NCBI GenBank assembly: GCA_010909165.1
Contig: MU008154.1
Coordinates: forward strand, 919,478-983,477
Source of the DNA: Anthoceros angustus
Taxonomy: Eukaryota; Plantae; Anthocerotophyta
Direction of reading: 5' to 3'
Length of the DNA: 64,000 nucleotides
Both the position numbers and the translations under genes were made by a program. Shown here piece after piece: positions 41,301 through 54,003 of the stretch (positions are counted from its first letter, which is position 1; the number at the start of each line of letters is the position of its first letter). Below the pieces are notes generated by a model that did no database searches, was not told the DNA's origin, and was given only the letters and a program-made list of their open reading frames with translations.

Positions 41301-43096
41301 GTTGGTTCACCACGGGTAAATTTGACTAGCTTTGCTCTCCCTTCCAAATATCAGGTTGATGTCGAATGTGACTGGAGGATCATGACCCTGCTTCTGGAAC
41401 CCGGAAAGTGTGTATACAATGCTGATGCTCCTGAGGAGGGAACGGTCTGTGTTGAAGAAACGCGTCCCACAGGCATTCTCATGCATGTAAGAGTAAGGAT
41501 AAGGTGGCTGTAACAGGCATCCACTACCAGTTTCACTTACTTTGTCTCCTAATACAAATGGCTCGCCCGCTACATACAGATCGCAGATGGCATGTTCCTG
41601 CACAAGGGCATCACCAGTCTGGCTGGGAACCGGTTTGCAGAGAGGAGATCAAGCCCTGATCACCTGAGCTGCAGCCATATCCCTTGTCGATTTATTGCCC
41701 TAATTCCCTTCCACCCCTTCAGCGGCTGGAAGTTCGCCCTGAACAGGATGCTTCGGCTGCCGGTTTCCGAAGCTAGCCTGAGAACACGCAATGGTGGAAT
41801 TGCTTGGAGCATCGTATGGGTGCTGCTGCCCCAGAGCTGGGAGCGCAATTTCAGACTCGCGTGCCCACACCAGAAGCCTGTCCTGGGATACATCCTTTTA
41901 GCAAGTTGGTGGCGCTGGGGACTGTGAGGGCCCTGCAACGTTACCTGTCTCTCCTGCCCACAGCACCCTTCTCTGCTGCATTTGCCGGCCTTGCCCAGCC
42001 ATCCAGCAGACCACCTGGAGTGGGAGATGCTGTTAGAGGAGCTCCGATTCCGAAGGCTGCTTCCCGATTCTCAGCTTGGGATTCTAAACTGCAGGAATGG
42101 AGATTTCTCAACAAAACAAGGAACACGTTGCGAGAACGACAAACCCTAAACCCATGTCTGGCTCCTTGTATTCCCTTTGGCGGCCTGGTACCATCTTGTT
42201 GCTCACTGCCAGTTCGTTGGTTCACCACGGGTAAATTTGACTAGCTTTGCTCTCCCTTCCAAATATCAGGTTGATGTCGAATGTGACTGGAGGATCATGA
42301 CCCTGCTTCTGGAACCCGGAAAGTGTGTATACAATGCTGATGCTCCTGAGGAGGGAACGGTCTGTGTTGAAGAAACGCGTCCCACAGGCATTCTCATGCA
42401 TGTAAGAGTAAGGATAAGGTGGCTGTAACAGGCATCCACTACCAGTTTCACTTACTTTGTCTCCTAATACAAATGGCTCGCCCGCTACATACAGATCGCA
42501 GATGGCATGTTCCTGCACAAGGGCATCACCAGTCTGGCTGGGAACCGGTTTGCAGAGAGGAGATCAAGCCCTGATCACCTGAGCTGCAGCCATATCCCTT
42601 GTCGATTTATTGCCTAATTCCCTTCCTCGATGCAGTTTGAAGCTCTGGTTCTGCGATTCAGAGCTGTACCCTCACCGAATCGTTCCTAGGAAAGTTCTCG
42701 AATTCTCTGCTTTGCAGCTGGCATGCATGCGTGCCAATGTGGTTCACCAACAGGATTCCGACTAACCGCCGGTTAGTGCTGGTTAGCCGGACACTCACTT
42801 GCACTCATTTCCAGTTTTATGAAAAGCCGTTGGCAATGGATCCTCACCCGGATACTTCTTTTGATAAATTTCCTTCTTATACCCGATATGCATAGTATAT
42901 AATATAGTAGTTTATATCATTTTCATCATTTATCTTTACCTTGAATCTTAGTAGTGAACTTCACTTATTAGGAAGATTGAAGTTGAAATCATATTCATCA
43001 ATATTTATATTAATTATAATTTGATTTAATATTGATCTAAAAATTAAATACTATATGTCATGGGCCTTGGGTACGGCTTACCCGTGATGTCGAACA

Positions 43097-43481
43097 GCAT
43101 GGCTTTCACAGAAAAAAAGGATTGGATCGTGCATTGCTTATATTGCAAAGTTCTTGTTGACGACGCGCCAGATCAAGATGCATTGTATACTCGAATCAAC
43201 AACTAGAGAGGTATAAGAGCTAGTAAGAGATGTTTATATGCAAAGATATGACATTCTCAATATACTTACACAAGTTGAAGTTGGTGAATGGAAGTTAGTT
43301 TTGATGATGCCACATCTGTCATTATGGTTGGAGCAAAATACGCCTATAGTCTTCCACCAATCAAGCGAGAATCAATCTTTCGCTTTGGGTATTCAAACTC
43401 CTTTTATGTTAAATTGCATGGTGCTTTATGGGAATGGTAATGTGCTAGCTGTGGATGCAACTTTGGGTTGAACAAGCACGG
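43097..43481 (+). pseudogene. MULE transposase fragment (unit 5 copy)
   Basis: ORF 43238: MQRYDILNILTQVEVGEWKL..WLEQNTPIVFHQSSENQSFALGIQTPFMLNCMVLYGNGNVLAVDATLG. Confidence 0.75.
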
Positions 43482-46400
43482 ATCCCCAAAGCCTAAGCCC
43501 GTACCTCACGGTGATGATGACGCGTCGTTGGCCGCACGATATTTTTTACAGCACTCGCCGAAAGTGATCCCCAAAGAACAAGGAACTTTTTGCACGTATA
43601 CATTAGGATGATTGATTAGTGGCAAAAAGGCTTTATGAGCAAATGATTTGGAGGGTTCGACATCCAAGGAGAGTTCTCCCGATCGGGACTATATATATGG
43701 AGGGCATTCATTGTTCGTACTAGATTGTGGAACCAAACCAAGTGCCGCTCAACATACTCGAAAGAGTACTACCACCAAAGCTATAGAACCTTCTTGAAAG
43801 ACGGCAACGTTGAAGAGCAAAAGCCCTTACAAAACTAGTAGTCTGCACGGCACTCATGAATCCTCATCTCCAAGGAGGAGCTCAAGAGGAAGAGCGAAGT
43901 TGAGATAACACACATCCATATCGCAACGCGGTCGTGGGGAGCCCACGAAAGGTTGCCCGCGTGAAAGTTGTACGCAACCTAACTCGAAAGTATCGTGCTA
44001 ACCAGACATGTGGATGAAGGAGCGAAAGCCGCAAGGGAAGCATCATCATCATGAGTCATGTTAGCCCTAACATTTAGAGGTTTTTAGAGGTGAACTCGTG
44101 ATGTGCAACTTGTCAATTTTGGTGGAGCTCTTGGCTGTGGATCAGCCCGGATTGCCTACCAAATTGCAGCACTCCACACCCACTGCTTTGTATGATGTTT
44201 GGGCCCGCTTATCAGATGAACATGATCAAAATACACAACGGACTTCTTAACCCTAAATTTTTCCTCCTCCTTTTGAAACCTATATCTGGCCTAGCAAGCA
44301 TTGTCAATGGTTTGCAAGAAGTGAAAACCGGAAACCCTCGATTTTGGAGCCATGTCCTATTAGTGAAGGAGGTTTCATCTTTAGTATGAGGTTTGATATT
44401 CACCCCTTCAAACAATAGTGTTATTGTCCTCAATGATAGCCTCAGAATAAGTGATCCACAATCTTTCTCCACTCCTAGTGAAAGGTCCACACAACGGCCA
44501 CCAAGCTTACTTATAATTAGGTGTGGAGTCCTCAACTCATGTACGAGAGTCTCCTCGCTCAAAGCCTCGTGCACTCCGCAGACACAAACACCAAACCGAG
44601 CCTTGTCACCTAGGCTACTATCACACCCCTACTAACATCATATTGCCCAAGTGGTGACCAACTACCCATCCAGATCCTGTGAACTTTGTGTGCAGGAGTG
44701 CACCAAGGGCTTGCTCAAGGTAGGAGGGCGAATGGCCATGGACCAACCGAGTAGGGACATGGAGTATTCTCGCACGCCACAAAAGGTCGCAGTATCTAGC
44801 TAAGCTGAGGCTTGACGGTGGACCCAAGGCTGAGAGATGCCTATACAATCACCTACGTGAATGAACTAACGATGTTCCTTGGGAAGACCCTTATGTCTAA
44901 GGGGTTCCCAAGGAACATCCACCAGCCTATGGTGGATGGACCGTGAGTTTGGTCATTTGGGTGACTTCACATACTGCGTATAACCTCGGTAAATTGCAAC
45001 AATAATTATACATCTACACATCAAATTTACTCATGTAGCAATTAGTGAAGTTTCTAGAGTGAATTATTTATTGAGAAAAGAAAAAGACGGAAAAATTTTC
45101 TTTTTTTCAAATTTTCTTCCCTATATTACATGTGATTTGCGCCTTTAAAGTAATCTACGCTTTTAGCTTGTTCAAGAATAAGAGAATTTTGAGCTTCCTC
45201 TCAAGCGCTTTTTATTTTGGACCCCTTGGACGCCCCTGCTATCTGGCCTTGTTCTACCCAGAATGGTCAGAGAAGTATTCAGCAACAAGGCCCTTTGCCT
45301 TCTCTTCATTGCAATCAAGCAGAAGTAGGTCAGGCATCAAGGCTTTTTGCCTTCTCCTGTAATGGTCAGAGGAGTGCGTGCCACCCGCTTACATTCTTCA
45401 TCAGTAATGGCAGAGAAGGCAAATTTTCACCGACGCTTTTCCGCCTTTCTATGAGAAGTGGTAGAAGTAATTTTTGATTTTGGGATTCTTTTGATGACGC
45501 TGGCATTGATTTTGCTTCCATTAATGCGCCATGGTGATACGTGAATTTATCAATTCTTGTCCTTGCGCTTTGTAAGCGTAATCACGATTATCATTCGGCA
45601 CCACTTAAGACACTTGTACGTGATGCAAGTCTGCATTGGAGGAGGATTCACCGGCCTTTCCTGGTAGCCTCTCGACATCATGATCATTGTGGTGTACATA
45701 TACGCGCATAAATATTAATAGTCATGTTAAGAAAATCGTAGACTCAACTCATTCAATAATTTTGTATCGACTTATCTATCTATCCACATAATAAAGAAGG
45801 AGCATTAGAAAAACTAAAATCATTATTGATAAAAATTTTAATTCTTTTCCAAGGCTTTTGCTTGAGCAAGATACTCTATTCCAAGACTTTGTAGAAATTT
45901 GTAAGATAAATTCAAGTTCTAATCAGTTTCTCATCATCATAGGGAAGTTGAACCACCTATAATTAATCGATTCGTGGAATTCAAAATAATGTATATCACA
46001 CAATTCCTGCTCCAACTTTGAGGCTTGATCATTTGCCATCTTCAAGCCATTGTCATCTTCCATCTTTTGAGCCACTATTATCTTGTATCTTCAAGCCATT
46101 ATAATTTTCCATTGATCTTGGAAACACAATTATCTTCAAGGTTGTTCACCTTTTTGTGCATTTATAATCTCGTAGTAGTTCTCAAAATGGGAGACTTGCT
46201 TTTTAGGTTAAGTTATGGTATTGCACAAATAATCGCTTAAATTTTTCCTCCTCCTTTGGCCAATAAAATGACTAATCAGCCAATTTTTTCTCAATAAAAA
46301 TTATAAATTATTTGTAGCTTAAGTAACACCCTTTCTAGGGCAGCAACTCACAGGAGACGTGGCAAAGATCACAAAGATCGAGCATGACATGCTCTCGCTA

Positions 46401-46545
46401 CTCCCTAGACTCAAGATAAAGCTTCAAGCTAGCTCCACAATGCTCTAAGCAATGTCTCGTGAAAGCTCTCAAGCTCTAAGGATTTGTTTTATATCCCGCA
46501 AGCTCCTCCCATCTAGCTGCTAAATACAATGTCGTGCCACTTAGA

Positions 46546-46919
46546 TAGCTACTAACAAGCTCGCCCCATTTGGATAGCTACTAACAAGTTCGCCTCATTT
46601 GATAGCTCAAGCTTGCCCCATTTGGGTAGCTATTAGCCCCATTTGGTAGCTACAAACAAGCTCGCCCCATTTGAGTGGCTAATAACAAGTCACTTCCCAT
46701 TTGAGTGGCTAATAACAAGCTCGTCCCATTTGAGTAGCTACAAACAAGCTCGTCCCATTTGGGTAGCTACTAACAAGTTCGCCCCATTTGGATAGCTACA
46801 AACAAGCTTGCCCCATTTGAGTGGCTAATAAGCTCGCCCCATTTGGGTAGCTACAAACAAGCTCGTCCCATTTGGGTAGCTACTAATAAGCTCGCCTTAT
46901 TTGGGTAGCTACTAACAAG
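46546..46919. repeat. 29-bp minisatellite (unit 5)
   Basis: Same unit. Confidence 0.93.
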
Positions 46920-49900
46920 GTCACCCAATCTATATCCAATCGCTATCTTTGGGATCTCATGCAACTTCGCAATTAAGGTTAGCATGCATGCAACCTCATC
47001 TCAACATGACTAACATGAATATAATAATATTTGAAGCGACGAATATTCAAGCCTCTTTGGTAGAATCGGAGCTGCCCAAAAATTGCACAATAACTAAATT
47101 ACAATTTTAGGCAATTTTTACATGAGGCAATGGGTATTAGTTATCGAGATCTAGAATTTTCTAGGTAGCTAGCAATTTAAGATCCATTGCAATGTATACA
47201 TTTGGTCCAAGTTTATGATAACTATGTAACTGGACCGAGTTTGAACTGCACCTCTGTTGGGTACCATTTGGAATCGATCGCGACCGGGTGAGACGACGAG
47301 ACGGCCGATGTCAACGCTTTCTAGCTATTGGTTCTGCAGCCGAACTTTATAACACACATCCATCCCTTGATTAGTTCTTGCCCAAACTTCATATGCACGC
47401 TAAGAAACGCGTCAACCTTTACGGACCCCTAAAGCCTAAGCCCCGCATCACGGTGATGATGACGGCGTCATGCGTGATATTTTTCACAGCACCCCTCGAA
47501 AGTGATCCCTAAAGAACAAGGAACTTTTGCACGTACATTAGGATGATTGATTAGTGGCAAAAGGGCTTTATGAACAAATGATTTGGAGGGTTCGACATCC
47601 AAGGAGAGTTCCTGATGGGGACTATATATATGGAGGGCATTCATTTTTCGTAGTAGATTGTGGAACCAAACCAAGTGCCGCTCAACATATGTACTCGTCG
47701 AAAAGTACTACCACCAAGCTAAAAAACTTTGAAAGACGTACAACGTTGAAGAGCAAAAAGTCTTAACAAAACTAGTAGCTGTTGTACGGGCATCATGAAT
47801 CCTCATCTCTGCAAGGAGGAGCTCAAAAGGAAGAGGGAAGTTGAGACAACACGCATCCATAGCGCAACGGGTGACGGGAGCGTCCACGAAAGGTGTACGT
47901 AACCTAACTCGAAAGTATCAGGCGAATCAATCCTCGCACATGTGGATGAAGCAACGAGTGCCGCAAGGGAAGCATTGTATCATGAGATGATGGCAAGTGG
48001 TGCCAAGATCAAAAGCCAAAAGAACTTCAAGCTCGTAGCAAGGAGAGCAAGTTTAAGGCGAGGCGCCGAGCTGTGCGATACAACGTTTGTGAAAGTGGGG
48101 CCTGAAATAAGTGGAGTCTGCAACAGTGTAACGGTTTGGAGATCAGCAACCTGGACATAAATGTCCAGAATGAGAGTACGCTTAGCAATAGCAAATTCGA
48201 TCGCCAGTGAAAGACTGAGCATCGGGCCAAAAGAATCGCCCCTGTCCCTAGGCATCCGTTGCTCTTCAACACTTGTTGGTGAAGACGGAGCCTCATCCTC
48301 AAAGGGAGTACCACTGGTCGTACTGCTGAAAGCATCTTTCAGGGTCAGAGCCCAACAATGTTTCAGGGTAGCCAATAAATCCAGGTGAAGGATCATTTCA
48401 TCCCAGTCCGTTCACCAACGGCGCATCTAAGACACGTGCGCGTGCACAGAAGTTAAATCCTGTGTCAGGATGCATGTAGTCCATCCTGCAAGCGGTATCA
48501 AATCTGGAGCTCGGGGACTGTGAATGCAGCAATGTTACCTTGTCTCTGCTGCCCACAGGACCTCTTTTGCATTTGACTGTTGTGATGCCGGCCCACCCAG
48601 CGCTGGTGCAGGAGGTCATGGTGCTTCCTGCGTGCAAACGCCTTGGAAGGAATTAGTCGTGTCTCTGAGAGAAAATGATCTCGCCTGTCTGGAAGAGACT
48701 TGGCCGAGGCCAGCCAACAAGAGCAGCAGCCAGACGATGGGATAGGGGACCGTGTCCCGCTCAATGAGCCGTCCATGACGTAGTTCTGTTGAAGCTGCAG
48801 GCTCCCAGCCCCTTCCACCCCTTCAGCGGCTGGAAGTTCGCCCTGAACAGGATGCTTCGGCTGCCGGTTTCCGAAGCTAGCCTGAGAACACGCAATGGTG
48901 GAATTGCTTGGAGCATCGTATGGGTGCTGCTGCCCCAGAGCTGGGAGCGCAATTTCAGACTCGCGTGCCCACACCAGAAGCCTGTCCTGGGATACATCCT
49001 TTGTGCAAGTTGGTGGCGCTCTCGGGGACTGTGAGGGCCCTGCAACGTTACCTGTCTCTCTGCCCCATTAGCACCCCTTCTCTGCTGCATTTGCCGGCCT
49101 TGCCCAGCCATCCAGCAGACCACCTGGAGTGGGAGATGCTGTTAGAGGAGCTCCGATTCCGAGGCTGCTTCCGATTCTCAGCTTGGGATTCTAAACTGCA
49201 GGAATGGAGATTTCTCAACAAAACAAGGAACACGTTGCGAGAACGACAAACCCTAAACCCATGTCTGGCTCCTTGTATTCCCTTTGGCGGCCTGGTACCA
49301 TCTTGTTGCTCACTGCCAGTTCGTTGGTTCACCACGGGTAAATTTGACTAGCTTTGCTCTCCCTTCCAAATATCAGGTTGATGTCGAATGTGACTGGAGG
49401 ATCATGACCCTGCTTCTGGAACCCGGAAAGTGTGTATACAATGCTGATGCTCCTGAGGAGGAACGGTCTGTGTTGAAGAAACGCGTCCCACAGGCATTCT
49501 CATGCATGTAAGAGTAAGGATAAGGTGGCTGTAACAGGCATCCACTACCAGTTTCACTTACTTTGTCTCCTAATACAAATGGCTCGCCCGCTACATACAG
49601 ATCGCAGATGGCATGTTCCTGCACAAGGGCATCACTAGTCTGGCTGGGAACCGGTTTGCAGAGAGGAGATCAAGCCCTGATCACCTGAGCTGCAGCCATA
49701 TCCCTTGTCGATTTATTGCCCTAATTCCCTTCCTCGATGCAGTTTGAAGCTCTGGTTCTGCGATTCAGAGCTGTACCCTCACCGAATCGTTCCTAGGAAA
49801 GTTCTCGAATTCTCTGCTTTGCAGCTGGCATGCATGCGTGCCAATGTGGTTCACCAACAGGGATTCCGACTAACCGCCGGTTAGTGCTGGTTAGCCGGAC

Positions 49901-50207
49901 ACTCACTTGCACTCATTTCCAGTTTTGCGAAAAGCCGTTGGCAATGGATCCTCACCCGGATACTTTTGATAAATTTCCTTCTTATACCCGACATGTGCAT
50001 AGTATATAATATAGTAGTTTATATCATTTTCATCATTTATCTTTACCTTGAATCTTAGTAGTGAACTTCACTTATTAGGGAAGATTGAAGTTGAAATCAT
50101 ATTCATCAATATTTATATTAATTATAATTTGATTTAATATTGATCTAAAAATTAAATACTATATGTCATGGGCCTGGTACGAAGGCTTACCCTGATGTCG
50201 TATCAAA

Positions 50208-50594
50208 GATGGCTTTCCAGAAAAAAGGATTGGATGCATTGCTTATATTGCAAAGTTCTTGTTGACGAAATAATGCGCCGCAAGATCAAGATGCATTGTA
50301 TACTCGAATCAACAACTAGACAGAGGTATAAGAGCTAGTAAGAGATGTTTATATGCAAAGATATGACATTCTCAATATACTTACACAAGTTGAAGTTGGT
50401 GAATGGAAGTTATTCTGGATGATGCCACATCGTCATTATGGTTGGAGCAAAATACGCCTATAGTCTTCCACCAATCAAGCGAGAATCAATCTTTCGCTTT
50501 GGGTATTCAAACTCCTTTTATGTTAAATTGCATGGTGCTTTATGGAATGGTAATGTGCTAGCCGTGGATGCAACTTTGGGTTGAACAAGCACGG
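50208..50594 (+). pseudogene. MULE transposase fragment (unit 6 copy)
   Basis: Nucleotide copy of 8621-9011. Confidence 0.7.
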
Positions 50595-53500
50595 ATCCCC
50601 AAAGCCTAAGCCCGTACCCTGCGATGATGACGCGGCGCGACTGCATATTTTTTACTGACACAGGAAAGTGATCCCCAAAGAACAAGGAACTTTTGCACGC
50701 ATACATTAGGATGATTGATTAGTGGCAAAAAAGGCTTTATGAGCAAATGATTTGGAGGGTTCGACATCCAAGGAGAGTTCTCCCCGATCGGGACTATATA
50801 TGGAGGGCATTCATTGTTCGCATTTTAGATTGTGGAACCAAACCAAGTGCAACAACATACTCACGAAAGAGTACTACCACCAAAGCTATAGAACCTTCTT
50901 GAAAGACGGCAACGTTGAAGATAAAAAGCCCTTACAAAACTAGTAGTCGTAGACGGCACTCATGAATCCTCATCTCCAAGGAGGAGCTCAAGAGGAAGAG
51001 CGGTTGAGATAACACACATCCATATCGCAACGCGTCGTGGAGCGCCCAGGTTGCACGCGTGAAAGTTGTACGCAACCTAACTCGAAGTATCGTGCGAATC
51101 AACCGTCGCACATGTGGATGAAGGAGCGAAAAGCCGCAGGAAGCATCAGATCATGAGTCAAGTTAGCCCTAACATTTAGAGGTTTTTAGAGGTGAACTCG
51201 CATGTGCAACTTTGTCAATTTTGGTGGAGCCTGTGACTCCCCTGACAGCCTCCACCGTACTCCACACCCAAATTGCTTTGTATGATGTTTGGGCCCGCTT
51301 GTCAAGATGAACATGATCAAAATACACAACGGACTTCTTAACCCTAAATTTTTCCTCCTCCTTTTGAAACCCATTCTCCAAATTTGCAAGCATTGTCAAT
51401 GGTTTGCAAGAAGTGAAAACCGAAACCTCGATTTTTGGAGCCATGTCCTATTAGTGAAGGAGGTTTCATTCGTAAATAAGGAGGTTTGGATATTCACCCC
51501 TTCAAACAATAGCAGTTATTGTCCTCAATGATAGCCTGTGAATAAGGGATCCACAATCTTTCTCCACTCCTAGTGAAAGGTCCACACAACGAAGCCACCA
51601 AGCTTACTTATAATTAGGTGTGGAGTCCTCAACTCATTACACAGAGTCTCCTCGCTCAAAAGCTCGTGCACTCCGTGCATACAAAACACCAAACCGAGCC
51701 TTGTCACCTAGGCTACTATCACACCCCACTAACATCATATTGCCCAAGTGGTGACCAACTTCACTCATCCGCATCCGTGAACTTTGTGTGCAGAGTGCAC
51801 GAAGGCTTGCTCAAGGTAGGAGGGCGTGCTGGCCATGGACCAACCCGAGTAGGGACATGGAGTATTCGTGACTAAGGAAAGGTCGTGGTATCTAGTTGCT
51901 AGCGGAGGCTTGGACGGTGGACCCGAGGTTGGAGAGATGCCTATACAATCACCTACGAATGAACTAACGATGTTCCTTGGAAGACCCTTATGTCTAAGGG
52001 GTTCCCAAGGAACATCCACTAGCCTATGGTGGATGGACCGTGAGTTTGGTCATTTGGGTGACTTCACATTGCGCAACTTGGGTGACAATTGCAACAATAA
52101 TTATACATCTACACATCAAATTCTTGATGTAGCAATTAGTGAAGTTTCTAGAGTGAATTATTTATTGAGAAAAGAAAAGACGGGAAAAAATTTTCTTTTT
52201 CAAATTCTTCCTATATTACATGTGATTTGCGCCTTTAAAGTAATCTACGCTTTTAGCTTGTTCAAAGAATAAGAGAATTTTGAGCTTCCTCTCAAGCGTT
52301 TTCTTATTTTTGGACCCTTTGACGCCCCTGCTTTTGCCTTGTTCTACCGTGAATGGCGGTAGAAGTAGCCTCAACAAGGCCCTTTTGCCTTCTTCTATTG
52401 CAATGGTAGAAGTAGGCATGCATCAAGGCTTTTTGCCTTCTCCTGTGGTAATGGTGTAGGAGTGGCACATGCGAAGGGCCTTTTACATTCTTCATCAGAA
52501 TGTATGAGAAGCTTGGCAATGAGAGGCCTTTTTGCTTCTTCTGAGAAGTGGTAGAAGTAATTTTGATTTTGGGATTCTTTTGATAGACTTGGGTATTGAT
52601 TTTGCTTCCATTAATGCGTCATGGTGATGGATTGTGGAATTTATCGCCAATTCTTGTCCTCGCGCTTGTAAGGCAATCCGTGATTATCATTGGCACCACT
52701 TAAGACACTTGTACGTGATGCAAGTCTCGTTATTGGAGGAGGATTCACGCTTTTCGCCTTGGGTAGCCTCGACATCATGATCATTGTGGTGTACATATCC
52801 CATAAATATTAATAGTCATGTTAAGAAAATCGTAGACTTCAACTCATTCAATAATTTTGTATCGACTTATCTATCTATCCACATAATAAAGAAGGAGCAT
52901 TAGAAAAACTAAAACTATTATTGATAAAAATTTTAATTCTTTTCCAAGGCTTTTTGCTTGAGCAAGATACTCTATTCCAAGACTTTGTAGAAATTTGTAA
53001 GATAAATTCAAGTTCAACTGCTTCATCATCATAGGGAAGTTGAACGACCCGACACCAATCGATTCCTTGTGCGTGGAATTCAAAATAATGTATCACACAA
53101 TTCCTCTTCCAACTTCGAGGCTTGATCATTTGCCATCTTCAAGCCAATCATCTTCCATCTTTGAGCCACTATTATCTTGTATCTTCAAGCTATTATAATT
53201 TTCCATTGATCTTGGAAACACAATTATCTTCAAGGTTGTTCACTCTTTTGTGCATTTATAATCTCCAGTAGTTCTCAAAATGCTAGACTTGCTTTTAGGT
53301 TAAGTTAAGTGGTATTGCACAAATAATCAATTTAAATTCTTTATCTCCCTCTCCTTTGGCCAATAAAATGACTAATCAGCCAATTTTTTCTCAATAAAAT
53401 TATAAAATTATTTGTAGCTTAAGTAACACCCTTTCTAGGGCAGCACCACATCATGAGAGACGTGGCAAAGATCACAAAGATAGGCATGCCTTTCGCTACT

Positions 53501-53649
53501 CCCTAGACTCAAGATAAAGCTTCAAGCTAGCTCTCCACAATGCTCTAAGCAATGTCTCGTGAAAGCCTCTCAAGCTCTAAGGATTTGCTCTTTATATCCA
53601 TAAGCTCCTCCCATCTAGGCAAATGCTAAATACAATGTCGCCACTTAGA

Positions 53650-54003
53650 TAGCTACTAATAAGTCATTTCCCATTTGGATAGCTACTAACAAGTTCGCCC
53701 ATTTGGATAGCTATTAACAAGCTTGCCCCATTTGGTAGCTATTAGCTCGCCCCATTTGGGTAGCTGAAACAAGCTCGCCCATTTGAGTGGCTAATAACAA
53801 GCTCGCCCCATTTGAGTGGCTAATAAGCTCGCCCTATTTGAGTAGCTACAAACAAGCTCGTCCATTTGGGTAGCTAATAACAAGTCTGACCCATTTGGGT
53901 AGCTGGCAAACAAGCTCCCCATTTGGGTAGCTTCCCAGACTACAAACAAGCTCGTCCCATTTGGGTAGCTAATAACAAGCTCACTATTTGGGTAGCTACT
54001 AAG
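53650..54003. repeat. 29-bp minisatellite (unit 6)
   Basis: Same unit, noisier. Confidence 0.9.

Larger units (their letters stand above)
31122..43049. repeat. Array unit 4 (11.9 kb, expanded)
   Basis: Same modules, with back-jumps at ~32535, ~36483, ~36939, ~40791 and ~41706. Confidence 0.9.
43050..50157. repeat. Array unit 5 (7108 bp, lacks the A2-C block)
   Basis: The MULE fragment runs into a single A module and then directly into D (catgagtcatgttagccc near 44050). Confidence 0.9.
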
